A stretch of DNA of 64,000 nucleotides from Macrostomum lignano (lineage: Eukaryota): assembly GCA_002269645.1 (NCBI GenBank), contig NIVC01000963.1, forward strand, positions 62,001 to 126,000, read 5' to 3'. Of the stretch, positions 1 to 12,619 are shown in pieces. Numbering within the stretch: the first letter of the stretch is position 1; every line of letters begins with the position of its first letter. Position numbers and translations under genes: made by a program. Below the pieces are notes generated by a model. It did not search any database, had not been told where the DNA came from, and saw nothing but the letters and a program-made list of their open reading frames with translations.

Positions 1-1130
1 CTAAACATAAAAGGGCTTCTCCTAAACCCATTATTACAAAAAATCAATTTAAGTACACTAAAAATGGATAGAAACAAAAAAATATTATAGTAATCTGCCC
101 AGCTATTGCCATAATGTCTGGTTGACGAATGCCGGTTGACGAAATGTCCGGTCACCGAAATGCTGCACAGACTTCATTATACTCATCGAAAAGCAATTTA
201 GACTGATACTGTTGTTAAAATGATTATTCACACTAAAGAATAACTCTAGTAGAAAGCAATTTACTGAAGCAGTATTGACTAATATTTCTCACTCAACGAT
301 TTGTTATAATTTACAGTTTTAAATAGTAGAAAAAGGTTTAGACTGACTATCTAGTCGGTTAAAATATTAGAACAGGGTTTTTATAACACTAATCGATTTT
401 AGGAAGAATATTTTGTAATTTGTTTTGTTTTACTGATCATGAGGACGTTACGTTAAAATGGCGCTTAAAATAATTTTAAGTCATTTAACGATATTTTAAG
501 CCATAAGCTACTCGAATGCACCCTTTATATTCTTAGCAAAAATGTCAGTGCTACGCGTGAAAAATTCAAATTTTCAAATACTTTTTCTACGGCTTGTAAT
601 TTTATGCAGAAAAACAAATTTATAAACTTATTGGCTATCAGAACTTTGACTGGCACTGAAAGCTTCTAACAATAACCCAATTTTGATATTTATTTTTTTA
701 CAGAAGTTTAGGTAAAAATCAACTTTTTCTTAAAAACGATAACAAGTTTATTGGCTTTTGAAAAAAATTGAACCTTAATAACCTTGGCTTGAGAATACGA
801 ATTCATCACGAGCGAAATCGAATTTAAAGCAATTGTCTGAAAAATTACAAGAAATTTAAAGACGGCATATTCAAAGGTAAGCTGCATCAACCCACACTGA
901 GCAAATTTCTGCATTCGTGAATCAGGTTTGATTTTAGGATTCATAAAAAGGTTTATAAAGTTTTTGAAAAGATACTACAATCTTATTTGTTGATGTACAT
1001 GTAGATCAAAATGTCATCAGGATTCCAGTATTACGTACGAGCCTCTATTTCACCTCACCTCTGAATGCTCACTCGCCGATGCGCGCTCAACTAACTTGTT
1101 TTACTTTGAAGTTTTGAGTTTTTACCCCCT

Positions 1131-3314
1131 TTGCGATGCAGGAGCAACCAGCCAGGACGGCCGGTGCTCACCGGAGCTCTGCTGGATGTGTCCGGCTCCA
1201 TGGAGCGGACGTTCGACAGCCGGCAGGTGGTGGGGGCAGCCAAGCAAAAGTGGGTCAGATCCATATTTCGAGTCGGTGATCAGCTGGTGAAAAAAGATGT
1301 ATCTGAAGCTAACCGGGTGTTTATGCTTGGCGTGGGGGCTCACAATGAGCCACAGGTGTTCGATGTTCTGGCGTCCATTGAGAAGGCTCGTGAGCGGGAG
1401 GAGAGGATTCGTCAAATTCAAGAGAGGTTTACATTGGATCAAATATTTGATGAAGCACTTGATATACTTCAAAGCAGTGGCGCTCCACGAGTTCGAAACT
1501 GGGCCAGGAGGAGTGTGCTGCGCTCCGTTGTCGACATTCAGACAGCCAGTATCATCCTCGACGCCCTTCGAACTGACGATGATTTTAAAGAAACATTAGC
1601 GAAACAAATTCTGCCTGATCAGTGCAGAGAATTCAAAGCCTCAAAAATTGTTTCTGAGGGATTTAATGTTTTTGGAAGAATTGCCTCTTACACGCCATTA
1701 GCACTGATTTCAAACACCGTAATGGACGGGGCAACGGAGGACAGCATGAAAAAAGTTGTTGCAGACTGTGAGAATTATTTGAAGCAGAAACGCTCGCTAG
1801 AGTCCGTTTCGGTGCGATCAGTTGTTTCTGTGACAGAAGCAGAGCAAATTCTGAACTCTGGCGGTAACAGACAAGAAAATCTGACTGATAAAAAAATCGA
1901 CGAACTTATTAAAGCCATTGAGCCCTGCATCTACGGAGCAACTCCTTTGTTAGCTTCTCTCATGCAGTCCATAATACTGTTTAGCCACGCATCCTACAAG
2001 GATCATTTCAAACTTTTGTTCGTTCTTTCGGACGGAGAACCGACGGATGATGAGAATACTGTTAGTACTCGTAGTTTTAGTAGTTTCTGGGGTATTATTT
2101 CAAGATTAATAGCCCTACTGCTGACAGCATTAGCCGAGGAGAAACTGAAACAGATGGGCGTCACGATTGTGTCCTGCTACATCACAGACAGAGACATCTC
2201 TGATGCACGACGGCTCTACAGCACATTCGAAACCAACTGGGATCAACCTGCAAAGTTCATGTTCAACATGGCTTCGACGGTCTCCACCCAGAAGATCCCC
2301 AGAACACTCTTCATCCGAAAGGGCTGGACAATCGACACAGACAACAATGAGACCCGACTGTTCTTCCAGATCAATCACCCCGACCTCATCGATGAGGTCT
2401 GCGACATCGCCAAGAGCTGCGTGTGCTCTCAGGACGCGCTGTCAGACGTGCTGGCCGATGTGGACCTCGACCTGTACATCAACAGGGCCAACGAGGGCTT
2501 TGATCCGAAGCGACAGTCGGAGCTCACCTGCTATGCAGTCGCGTCGGCGACCGCCATGCACCTGAGCATGCATAGGGTTGTGGATCGAGACGGTGGATAT
2601 CCGGACTTCTTCCAGCTCAGAGACAAGATCATCGCTCAGTTCGGAGCGCGCAGAGCCCGCACAGTCGAGGTGCTGCGGACAGTGTGTCCGGAGTACCGGC
2701 TGCAGTGCAAGGAGGTCGACGAGAGAGCCGCGCTGGAGGCCGTCATTGCCAAGCGGCCAGTCGTGGCCACGTTCCGCCTTTCTAAGGCTGAGTGGGGCAA
2801 CTTCAAGCAGTTCTTCAAGCAGAATCCCAAAGGCATTCTCACAAAGTCGGAACTCGAAATAAGCCAAAGATTCGTTGCACCAGAGACTTGCGGACACGCA
2901 GTGGTTCTGATGAGCTTCGACAGACACAGCCTGAGGCTGATGAACTCGTGGGGCTCCGACTGGGGCGACGGCGGCTTCTTCAGAGTGCAGAGCGCAGCCG
3001 TGCTCAAGATGAACTTTATCGATGTGTTCTGGACCGAAGAGCAGCTGACTGCGTCCGAGAAAGCCGCCTTCAAAGAGCGTGGACCGGGCGTCGCTGAAAA
3101 GCTGTTTGCCTCGCTGAAGGGTCTGCAGAATTCCACCTATCAGTGCCCGCTCTGCAAAAGGGATTCTCAGGTGTCAGAGTTCTCGGGACACATGTTGGAA
3201 GCCAGGTGTCCCAGGTGTTCGGACAGCTTCAATGCGAACCTGGCTGGCAGCGACCTGGCGCTGAACCTGTACCTCACCTCGCTGCTGCACAAAGTGGATG
3301 AGAAGGCAGAGTAG
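1131..3314 (+). CDS. Apparently intronless vWA domain + papain-like (C1) cysteine peptidase + C-terminal CxxC..CxxC zinc ribbon protein (727 aa)
   Basis: vWA MIDAS motifs LLDVSGSM, GATPL and VLSDGEPTD. Papain catalytic set Q-SELT-C(Y), GHAVVL and NSWGxxWGDGGFFRV. C-terminal CPLC...CPRC. Confidence 0.85.
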   Translation: MRCRSNQPGRPVLTGALLDVSGSMERTFDSRQVVGAAKQKWVRSIFRVGDQLVKKDVSEANRVFMLGVGAHNEPQVFDVLASIEKAREREERIRQIQERFTLDQIFDEALDILQSSGAPRVRNWARRSVLRSVVDIQTASIILDALRTDDDFKETLAKQILPDQCREFKASKIVSEGFNVFGRIASYTPLALISNTVMDGATEDSMKKVVADCENYLKQKRSLESVSVRSVVSVTEAEQILNSGGNRQENLTDKKIDELIKAIEPCIYGATPLLASLMQSIILFSHASYKDHFKLLFVLSDGEPTDDENTVSTRSFSSFWGIISRLIALLLTALAEEKLKQMGVTIVSCYITDRDISDARRLYSTFETNWDQPAKFMFNMASTVSTQKIPRTLFIRKGWTIDTDNNETRLFFQINHPDLIDEVCDIAKSCVCSQDALSDVLADVDLDLYINRANEGFDPKRQSELTCYAVASATAMHLSMHRVVDRDGGYPDFFQLRDKIIAQFGARRARTVEVLRTVCPEYRLQCKEVDERAALEAVIAKRPVVATFRLSKAEWGNFKQFFKQNPKGILTKSELEISQRFVAPETCGHAVVLMSFDRHSLRLMNSWGSDWGDGGFFRVQSAAVLKMNFIDVFWTEEQLTASEKAAFKERGPGVAEKLFASLKGLQNSTYQCPLCKRDSQVSEFSGHMLEARCPRCSDSFNANLAGSDLALNLYLTSLLHKVDEKAE

Positions 3315-4496
3315 GTGCCGTAGAGTGTCGCCATCCAAAAGTCTATTTTGGCACTGACTGGTGGAGCTCTGTGCTTAACTTTTTTAACACACTTTTGGTA
3401 GAAAATCGGTATGCCTCTAAATTGCATAGTTTCTCTGCATAGTTGCCTCTGAAGTGCCTCTGGCTTGGAAACTTTTTCTTTTTCGCAACCGCTGCTCTCT
3501 AAGCGTAGTTTACGTCATGCTGACACAATTCTAATCTTTACTGACTTGGATGGACAATCGAAAAATTGTTTTTAAAATTTAACAAATGACAATGAAAAAG
3601 AAATTTATTAATGTATTCTGTATTTTCGCGAACCGAATTTCCTTGCTCAAAAGCCATGTCTCGTGTAAAATTATCCCATCCACATTATCTCAAATCCCAT
3701 GCATCATCGTATAGAGCACCCTGAGCACCGCGTAGTTTTCGGTGGTCCTTTGAAAAAATTTGAGACATTCAAGTAGTTCTTCTTTTTATATTTGTTTTTC
3801 TCAAAGCACTCTGATTGAGCTCTGTGTGTTTTAAAGGTATAAGCATGAAATTGTTCATTACAAATATATAAATAAAGTTACATGTCGAATATTATAAAAT
3901 TTACTCTAGAATTTCAGCTCGAAAATTTTGTTTTGACCAAAAATGGTACATGTACGCAAGCACGAGAGTACAGACCCAGTTTCCCAGCTCTGGCTGAGGC
4001 TGACTGGCCTCCGGCTCTTCTGGGATCCGGCAGCAGGTGCCACTGAGGGCAGCCATTATCGTGCTCAGTGCCTGGGCACACAAGACCAGATGTTTTTAAC
4101 TCCCTAAACTCGTCTGTCAGACTCTTGAACTTCAGCACAATATCCGCCTTAAAAAACATCAGCGGGAAGGCTGCGGGCATCCTGGCGCAACGCCTTCGGC
4201 AAAATCGTCCCAAAATAAGCGTTGAGGCAATTTAATCCTCGTATCCAGAAGACACCAAGCTATTGTGGAGACAAGGCCTGAAAAAAGGACCTAAGTAGCG
4301 AGTATCATCAGCTATTGCCTCAAGCCTCCGTTGCTTGCATGGGTCCGGCTTCACAGGTTTCTGTACTCATTTAGCTTACTCCACAGTGCGCACCTGTCGG
4401 GTGTACACTGGAGATGCTCGCAGATTGTGCAGGCAAAACTGAAGTTCTCCTTCTATTGTGCAACTGTGACTTAGCTTAGTTCAGCTTACTTTTTTC

Positions 4497-5074
4497 TTCT
4501 CTCCTCTCCTCTCCTCTCCTCTCCTCTCCTCTCCTCTCCTCTCCTCTCCTCTCCTCTCCTCTCCTCTCCTCTCCTCTCCTCTCCTCTCCTCTCCTCTCCT
4601 CTCCTCTCCTCTCCTCTCCTCTCCTCTCCTCTCCTCTCCTCTCCTCTCGTCTCCTCTCTCTCTCCTCTCCTCTCCTCTCCTCTCCTCTCCTCTCCTCTCC
4701 TCTCCTCTCCTCTCCTCTCCTCTCCTCTCCTCTCCTCTCCTCTCCTCTCCTCTCCTCTCCTCTCCTCTCCTCTCCTCTCCTCTCCTCTCCTCTCCTCACC
4801 TCTCCTCTCCTCTCCTCTCCTCTCCTCTTCTCTCCTCTCCTCTCCTCTCCTCTCCTCTCCTCTCCTCTCCTCTCCTCTCCTCTCCTCTCCTCTCGTCTCC
4901 TCTCCTCTCCTCTCCTCTCCTCTCCTCTCCTCTCCTCTCCTCTCCTCTCCTCTCCTCCCCTCTCCTCTTCCTCTCCTCTCCTCTCCTCTACTCTACTCTC
5001 CTCTCCTCTCCTCTCCTCTCCTCTACTCTCCTCTCCTCTCCTCTCCTCTCCTCTCCTCTCCTCCCCTCTCCTCT
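4497..5074. repeat. (CTCCT)n pentanucleotide microsatellite
   Basis: Near-perfect ctcct tandem run. Confidence 0.97.
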
Positions 5075-6858
5075 TATCTTAGTTAGTTTAGTTTAGTTGC
5101 AGCAAAAGGCACAAGACACAGCAGCATCCTTTTCTTGATTAGAATTATGATGACTACAGTTGAAAGTGTCACAAAAAATCACATTGAGGTCCATTCTTCC
5201 ATCTTCTTCCAACCCGCTTCTGAGCCTTTTTGCTCTCCTCTCCTCATCTGATTTTCAACTCCAGCCAACAGCTGTTAACTACCTGTTAATCCCAGACTGT
5301 GGAGGAAGGACACAGAATGAGCAAACAGTTCGAGAGGAACAAGCTCACATCAAACTCTCAGTTTCAAACCCTGCTGCTATGCTCATCTCTCAGTGCTCAT
5401 CGGAGTCGCCAAACAGTCTTGTACAGGTGATGATGAGCGCAATGGAACAGAAGTTCGGCTCCATTGTCCGATGCGCGCACAAAAGCTGAAAAACACTTTA
5501 ACCATTGCCACCGAGCGCAGAAAGAATGCATGCAGTGTTTCAACTAAAGGCTACGTATATCTGTCTCAAGCTCATTAATCGTCATGTTGTCCGAGACAAA
5601 ACTGCAATATTTTATTCTGTTGCGTGAATGCTCGTCATAAATTAGAGTTCTCTCAGCCATTGTTTTTCAAGGGTTTAGCGCAATGCTAAATAAAAAATAA
5701 GCTGTTTGTGAGTGCAGCCGCACCATCTCAGTGCACAATTGCTTCTGCCTCTCATTGGTAAGATTTTAAGTTTTTACTGTGCCCAGCCGATTGCAGCGAG
5801 AGCAAACGGTCACAGAGGCAATTGTCACATGATTCACGCTGCTAAATGTTTATGCAAGCAGGTAATGGGCCTGTTCTATAAAGCCATCGTAAGATAAGAT
5901 CTTTCTTAGCTCCTATCTCCGCAGTGTAAAAGTTCCGACGTACGATCGAACTTAGGCTACGACAGCTTTACTCGTATAGTACGACCCCCCAGTGCCTAAA
6001 TCAGAGTATGCAACTCGTAAGTGGCCCAGCCCGTGATTTTAGTGTCTGAGTTTCCAGTTGCTGAGAGAAGATTTTGACTTGTTTTGGTGCGCCTTCGCTT
6101 GATCGTGGGAGGTTTTTAACTGCAGATGCATAACAGCTGCGACACTTCCAGCGAAGCTTATTCTATCTGGTTATAAACATTTTCCACAGGGGGATTCAGA
6201 CAGTGCTTCGTATCGACGGATAAAAACTTCAAGCCAGTTTTAGAAATTGTACATAGAAAAGTACCTATCAAGTGCAACCTCAGCAACTGCGCAGTGGAGG
6301 CCGAACCGAACGATTTTACTAATTAATTTAAGCTCACAGGTGGCTGGCATGCTACTTTCAGCAGTAATTAGTATAATTAATATTGATTTATTTGTCATCT
6401 CTAGCCCCAGTCCCTTGCAATGATCCAGCTGTAAATGAGAGAAATTCGACAAGTTCAGACTGAACTACGCTGTCTCCGTACTTTGTAACTGTGCGTGTGC
6501 AGACTGTACAGGTAAGACCTGGTTGAGCTGTGCAGCTCTGGTAAACTGCAGTACGCTAGGGCTGCTCATCAGCTGAAATATAATTTATAAAAAATAACTT
6601 GGGTTGGCTGATTGAAAGAATAGTTATAGGTTTTTTGGTAAAAGAGAACGATTGCACTTATGCCATGGGTTACTGTATTTTCCTCTCCTATCGTTTTCTT
6701 CACTCATATCTTCTGTTCCCGATTCGTTAATAAGGTGCCTGTCCTTATCCTCCAGCTGCTTGTCCAGCCAGCTTGAATGAGTCTAAAAGTGAAAATGAAT
6801 TTTCGCCATGTGAGGTCGGTGCTCACCGAAGCAGCGGGCGCGGCCAGATACGACCATC

Positions 6859-6974
6859 ATGCACAATGCCGAGGAGTTCATAAGCGTCCTGCGGGGACAG
6901 AAAACTGTTGACGAGGTCAACGCCGATTGGAAGAGCGGCGCCACCTGTCTCTTTGCCACAATGGTTGCCAAGAA
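6859..6974 (+). CDS. Candidate first coding exon with an ankyrin-repeat-like start (orphan)
   Basis: ATG at 6859 reads MHNAEEFISVLRGQKTVDEVNADWKSGATCLFATMVAK, followed by a GTAAAT donor at 6975. VNA..xxG.T.L resembles the ankyrin consensus. No downstream exon identified. Confidence 0.3.
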
Positions 6975-7410
6975 GTAAATCGTCCGGAGTTTGACAATTA
7001 TGGATACCGTTATTTTTGATGCGATTGATTGATATGATAATATTGATATGTTGTAACTAAATAGATCATTAGCCAAATACTTATTTTTTGCAGACTTTCA
7101 TTCTAAATTCCTTTTTAAGCTGTGTGCATTATTCGATGTATCCTATTACATTTTCTCGGCTGCTATAACAATATTGTGATGCTTGTCACTTCGTTTACAA
7201 ATAAGAGTGCATTCTTTGTTATAAATATACTTAAAATGTCGTGATTTATCGTTCAAATCGTGATTTATCAATTGAGAATTAAATATTAGTTATTACATAT
7301 CGAAATACTTTCGTAATTTTCTGCGAGAGTCACAAGGTTATTTTGTTCTTTTTGAGTTCTTGCTCAAAAAATGACCAGTTCGAGCATGCCTTGCTAACAA
7401 ACACTGTCTT

Positions 7411-8573
7411 TTTGCAGCGTCCATTTCTGTAGTAGCCTTTGCAGCGTCCATTTCTGTAGTAGACTTTGCAGCGTCCATGTCTGTAGTAGACTTTGCAGCG
7501 TCCATTTCTGTAGTAGACTTTGCAGCGTCCATTTCTGTAGTAGACTTTGCAGCATCCATTTCTGTAGTGAACTTTGCAGCGTCCATTTCTGTAGTAGAAT
7601 TTGCAGCGTCCATTTCTGTAGTAGACTTTGCAGCATCCATTTCTGTAGTAGACTTTGCAGCGTCCATTTCTGTAGTAGACTTTGCAACGCCCATTTCTGT
7701 AGTAGACTTTGCAACGCCCATTTCTGTAGTAGACTTTGCAGCGTCCATTTCTGTTGTAGACTTTGCAACGTCCATTTCTGTAGTAGACTTTGCAGCATCC
7801 ATTTCTGTAGTGAACTTTGCAGCGTCCATTTCTGTAGTAGAATTTGCAGCGTCCATTTCTGTAGTAGACTTTGCAGCATCCATTTCTGTAGTAGACTTTG
7901 CAACGCCCATTTCTGTAGTAGACTTTGCAACGCCCATTTCTGTAGTAGACTTTGCAGCGTCCATTTCTGTTGTAGACTTTGCAACGTCCATTTCTGTAGT
8001 AGACTTTGCAGCGTCCATTTCTGTAGTAGACTTTGCAACGTCCATTTCTGTAGTAGACTTTGCAACGCCCATTTCTGTAGTAGACTTTGCAACGTCCATT
8101 TCTGTAGTAGACTTTGCAGCGTCCATTTCTGTAGTAGACTTTGCAACGTCCATTTCTGTAGTAGACTTTGCAGCATCCATTTCTGTAGTAGACTTTGCAA
8201 CGCCCATTTCTGTAGTAGACTTTGCAGCGTCCATTTCTGTAGTGAACTTTGCAGCGTCCATTTCTGTAGTAGACTTTGCAGCGTCCATTTCTGTAGTGAA
8301 CTTTGCAGCGTCCATTTCCATAGTAGACTTTGCAACGCCCATTTCTGTAGTAGACTTTGCAACGTCCATTTCTGTAGTGAACTTTGCAGCGTCCATTTCT
8401 GTAGTAGACTTTGCAGCGTCCATTTCTGTAGTGAACTTTGCAGCGTCCATTTCTGTAGTAGACTTTGCAGCGTCCGTTTCTGTAGTGAACTTTGCAGCGT
8501 CCATTTCCATAGTAGACTTTGCAACGCCCATTTCTGTAGTAGACTTTGCAACGTCCATTTCTGTAGTGAACTT
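7411..8573. repeat. 27-bp satellite, left half (~43 units, tttgcagcgtccatttctgtagtagac)
   Basis: Tandem 27-mers with point variants, ending abruptly at gaactt|cccagtgggg. Confidence 0.97.
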
Positions 8574-10320
8574 CCCAGTGGGGAAAAAAATCGAGCGCAC
8601 TGTGGGCGTAGTACGCCTAAGGTACGCCAGGGATGCGCCCTGAAAAATATTAAAAGGTTTTTTTTTCAAGTCAAGCTATTTGGATTATCCTCAAAACTTA
8701 ATTTTCAGGATGTTTAAACAAAATTAAAATAAAATAAATCATATTTAAATGTTGCTCTGCTTAGTACGCTTCACAATCCTTTGGGCGCACTGTTTGGGCG
8801 ACTGTGCAAATTTATTGAAATTATTTGTGAAAATGAAAGCCAATTGTTCAGCACTGCACACATAGCAATATTTTTATGATATTAACGTCCTTTTTTATTA
8901 TTAATGCATCAAAAGCAGTTATTTTAGTAACATAGTGTATGCATGATTTATACTGAAATACAAAAAAATTGTTGCAGAAAATCTGCCTCGTTTTTTTCTT
9001 CAAGTGTCTACTTATAGTAGAGCAGCAATGATAGAAAATTATTTTGCCTCGTAGTGTTACTGCGTCACATCGTACAGCTGACTCAGACTGATGCTAATTG
9101 GGTGCTCATTTCACACCTAGGTCACACTGGTCTTAAGCAAATCGATTTTCAGACTTGATTTATCAGATATTGACCAGTGCGAATAAATTCCGGTACCATT
9201 TTCAAAGTTATGCCAGTCGAATCACATTTTTCAATATACAAGCACTTCAACCCTTACCCTCATATTTAGAGGAGACTGAAGAGGAGAAAGGAAAGAGGAG
9301 AGAGGAGAGAGAGATGAGAGGAGAGAGGAGAGCTGAGAAGAGTTATAAACATTGAGCTGGCCGGATTGCTATTGTGAAGTTTCACAAGCCCTCGGACCGG
9401 AGTTTGCCTACTCCTGGCATTGACGGAAACCTCGAACATTGGACAGGAAGCATTCCAAGTTCCAACCTCTCCCCAATTTTAGCTTGAACTGTATTTCTGC
9501 TGCTTCTTAGATTTAAAAATATGTTTAAATAGTAATGATGGGAATTTAGGAGAAACCAAATTTGTTCACCATTTGATTCCGTTGGTTTATTTCAGCAGAA
9601 TTGTATTGCCTCTCTTCATTTCTTCTCTTCCATCAGTCCTCTCTCCATCTATTAACTATTCCTCTCACTCCCTCCATCTGTCCACACGCCCCTCTCCCTT
9701 TGTTCATTATGTCCTTTCTTTCTTCGGTCTATTCTCACTCTGCATGTTATTCCTGGCTTCTCTTCTGCTGTTCCCTCATAGTCATTCCATCTCTTGCCAG
9801 AATTGCCTCCCTCCTCTCTCCATCTGTTTTCTCTAGTTTTTGCTGGTTCCCCAATCCCCGCTGTCTTTAAATGCTCTTTTCACATTGTAATGAGAGAGTA
9901 TACATTTGCTAAAAAATATCAACCCTTTTGTTTCAGAGGATAATCTGAAGAAACCCAAATTTCGAAGTATAGAAAGATTGATACTACCCAGATTGATACG
10001 AACAGATAGTTTGTTTATAATTGTAAATGTAAGACAGGACAAGCATGCAAAACAGCATTTAGACGTTGTTGAAAGGCTAAACTTTGTAATTAAATTGTAA
10101 AAAGTACTGTAACATTCACATGGGTATTGATGGCGTAAAGAGTAAATATTGAGTTAGTAACGAGTTACATGTAATAAATCAGATTTAATTAGTCAATCAA
10201 CTAGTTCTCAAAACTCAAATTTGGTCAATTTAACAGTTGTTTAATGCTGAAATTATTGATATAGCCAACTCAATGACAAGAAATAAACGAATTTCGTTTT
10301 CAGAAAAAAGCTCTTGGGGG

Positions 10321-10500
10321 CAGGGGCGGATCCAGAGGGGGGTCCAAGGGGGGCATAGCCCCCCCCCCTCAGCCGCGGCCAAAGAAATTTTGATCATACT
10401 TTTTTGGCCTGCTACTATGCCAGGTATATTTTCCAATATGGGATTGTAGTGCTTGGTATAGCTTGGCCCACTCTTCAAAAGTTTTCTGGATCCGCGCCTG
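10321..10500. mobile_element. hAT-type MITE (180 bp)
   Basis: TIRs CAGGGGCGGATCCAGA / TCTGGATCCGCGCCTG (15/16 match). 8-bp flanks cttggggg / cttgaggg (7/8 match). Confidence 0.75.
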
Positions 10501-12619
10501 CTTGAGGGTGCGCTGATTAAGTTCGATTTATCTGTAGTGTAATTTGGGAATTTTAGTTGGTCTCTCTATTTAGGTACAAAGTACAAGGACTATTTAACTA
10601 TCTATAATTATCTATCACTAGATATTCGTATTCATAATAGCGCTTGCTTCTTTATTGAAAAGGCTTATTCAAAAGCCATAGACACAGCTAAAGCAAGCGG
10701 CCTTTTCTAAGATTTCTACCATTCGCGAGTGTAACGTCCTGGGCTGTAAAGTACTGAAGTAGTCTGTTGTGACCGTAGCATGCACTAGTTGTGCAGGCAA
10801 AAATTAATGTATGATATTCGCAGATGAATACTCAACAGAGCCGGACAAAAGCTTTATATTTGAGAACGAGGGGAGGCTGGTATTAAAGCAAGTTGGCTTT
10901 GACAACGCGGAATTTATGACATAGAATATAAAATGGCTTGGGCTTGAACACACAAACATAGTCCTTGTTTTGGTGTTGGCACAGCAAAGGGGCGACAGGA
11001 GACCTAGAAAATGCAAGGAAATAGATATTTTCGATATTGTACTGGCCCAAACCCTTCACCACTCCCCAAAGGATTCAAATTTCTGGCTGCGCCAAAAATG
11101 TTACTTTTCTGTTTCATTGGTGAAAGCAGTGAACTGAACTACAAACTAGATTAAAAGTTATATGATTGTTTACTTTATGGGAGACTGAGTTGGACAGAAA
11201 AGGAACCATTTCAAAGGCCTGTTTGATAGTTAATAGCAAAGAAGCGGGCAAGTGTGTTGGTGGGGAAGTATGTATCAATTTTATTTCAAACTGACTTAAA
11301 GCCTCTCGAGCCTCTCCTTCTGACGTTTTTATGGCCACCCACACCAGCTGTCTCTGGTCATACCCAAAAAAGAAAAAAAGCTTATTTCGAGCCCCTTTGT
11401 TTGATCCAGGCGTTGGCCCAGGCCAGGGTTCACAGACCTTGAATAGAATGAGTTCTACGATTTATATTTAGCTACGAGCGTATGCAAGCTACAGCTATAA
11501 ATCTTGGTTTTGATACTTAAAAAAAGGCCTTCAACAAAGCAAAACCCAGAGAGAAAAGCTGACACCTAGGCTCAGATAGCTAGCTAGCTTGGAGCACGCT
11601 CTAACTTGGGTAGTCCGCTAGGGGTTGGAGCATGCTCCCGTGCTCCCAGCAAAGTGTAGCTAGTTAATCGTGGAGCATGCTCCCTGCTGACAGCCAATGG
11701 AGTAACTGCGTTTTTCAGCTATTTAACGCTCGTTGCATGCAGTAAGCAGCATTCGACAAATAGCACCCGACGACAACCGGCTAGCCGGGCCAAAAGCTTA
11801 CAAAATCATCGGGCTAACCGGCAGGAAAGCGCGCTCTCGAGCTCTCGCTTCTCCCGGCTAGACGGGCCCAAAGCGCGCTCCCATACAATCAAATGGGAGT
11901 GTATCAACTATTAATTGAAAGCTTTCACGGGTGTTATTAATAACAATTTTCATTAGAAAAATCGACGTTTGTTAATATTAATTCGCTTGCATGTGTAATT
12001 TAAAAACTAAATTTACAGGAATGAGGGTTCCTGTGTTCAACGTTCAACAAAAGCTTCTAAGGCATATTTGTTGTGCTAGGCTACTGTGCATTGCTGTGCT
12101 GGCCTATGCACTAGGCCTAGACTAAATAAGTGAAGGCTCCGTGTACAAGATAAATGAAAGGAGCTTTTCTTAAATTCCTTGTGCATTATTATGTGATTGC
12201 TTAAGTAATTTTGTTCTATAGTTTAAAGCCTGTCACTTGACTTGTCGTTGTCAGTTAATTAATAATACAGGCATTTGAAATGTAAATGTAGGTCTAATAT
12301 TATGAGAAGTAACTTATAAGCTGCTTTTATTCAATTATAAAAATGCTTCAATTCAATGAAATTCTATTATTTAGCTACAGCCATATGTATGTAGGAAAGC
12401 CTTATTGAGCACTAAGCCTAGCTTATTGACTTAATGAATAGATTTAGCTAACTTACTAGATACGAGCCTTAAAATTTTAGTTTTATCTATGTATCTACTT
12501 TATGTATACCATGGGCATTAGGCCTAGAGTAAATAACAAACTATAAAACTAAGCCTACAATATATTTTATATAAAATACCTGATCCTTGACTTATTTTCC
12601 TTTCTTTAGTTCCTCTCTC

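Noticed and set aside
3950-5490. Exon-like GC-richer patches (3950-4215, 5265-5425; also 14815-15160, 24710-25360 and 38480-41340)
   Set aside because: Some have plausible splice sites, but there was no recognisable domain or consistent phase chain, so no gene model can be supported.
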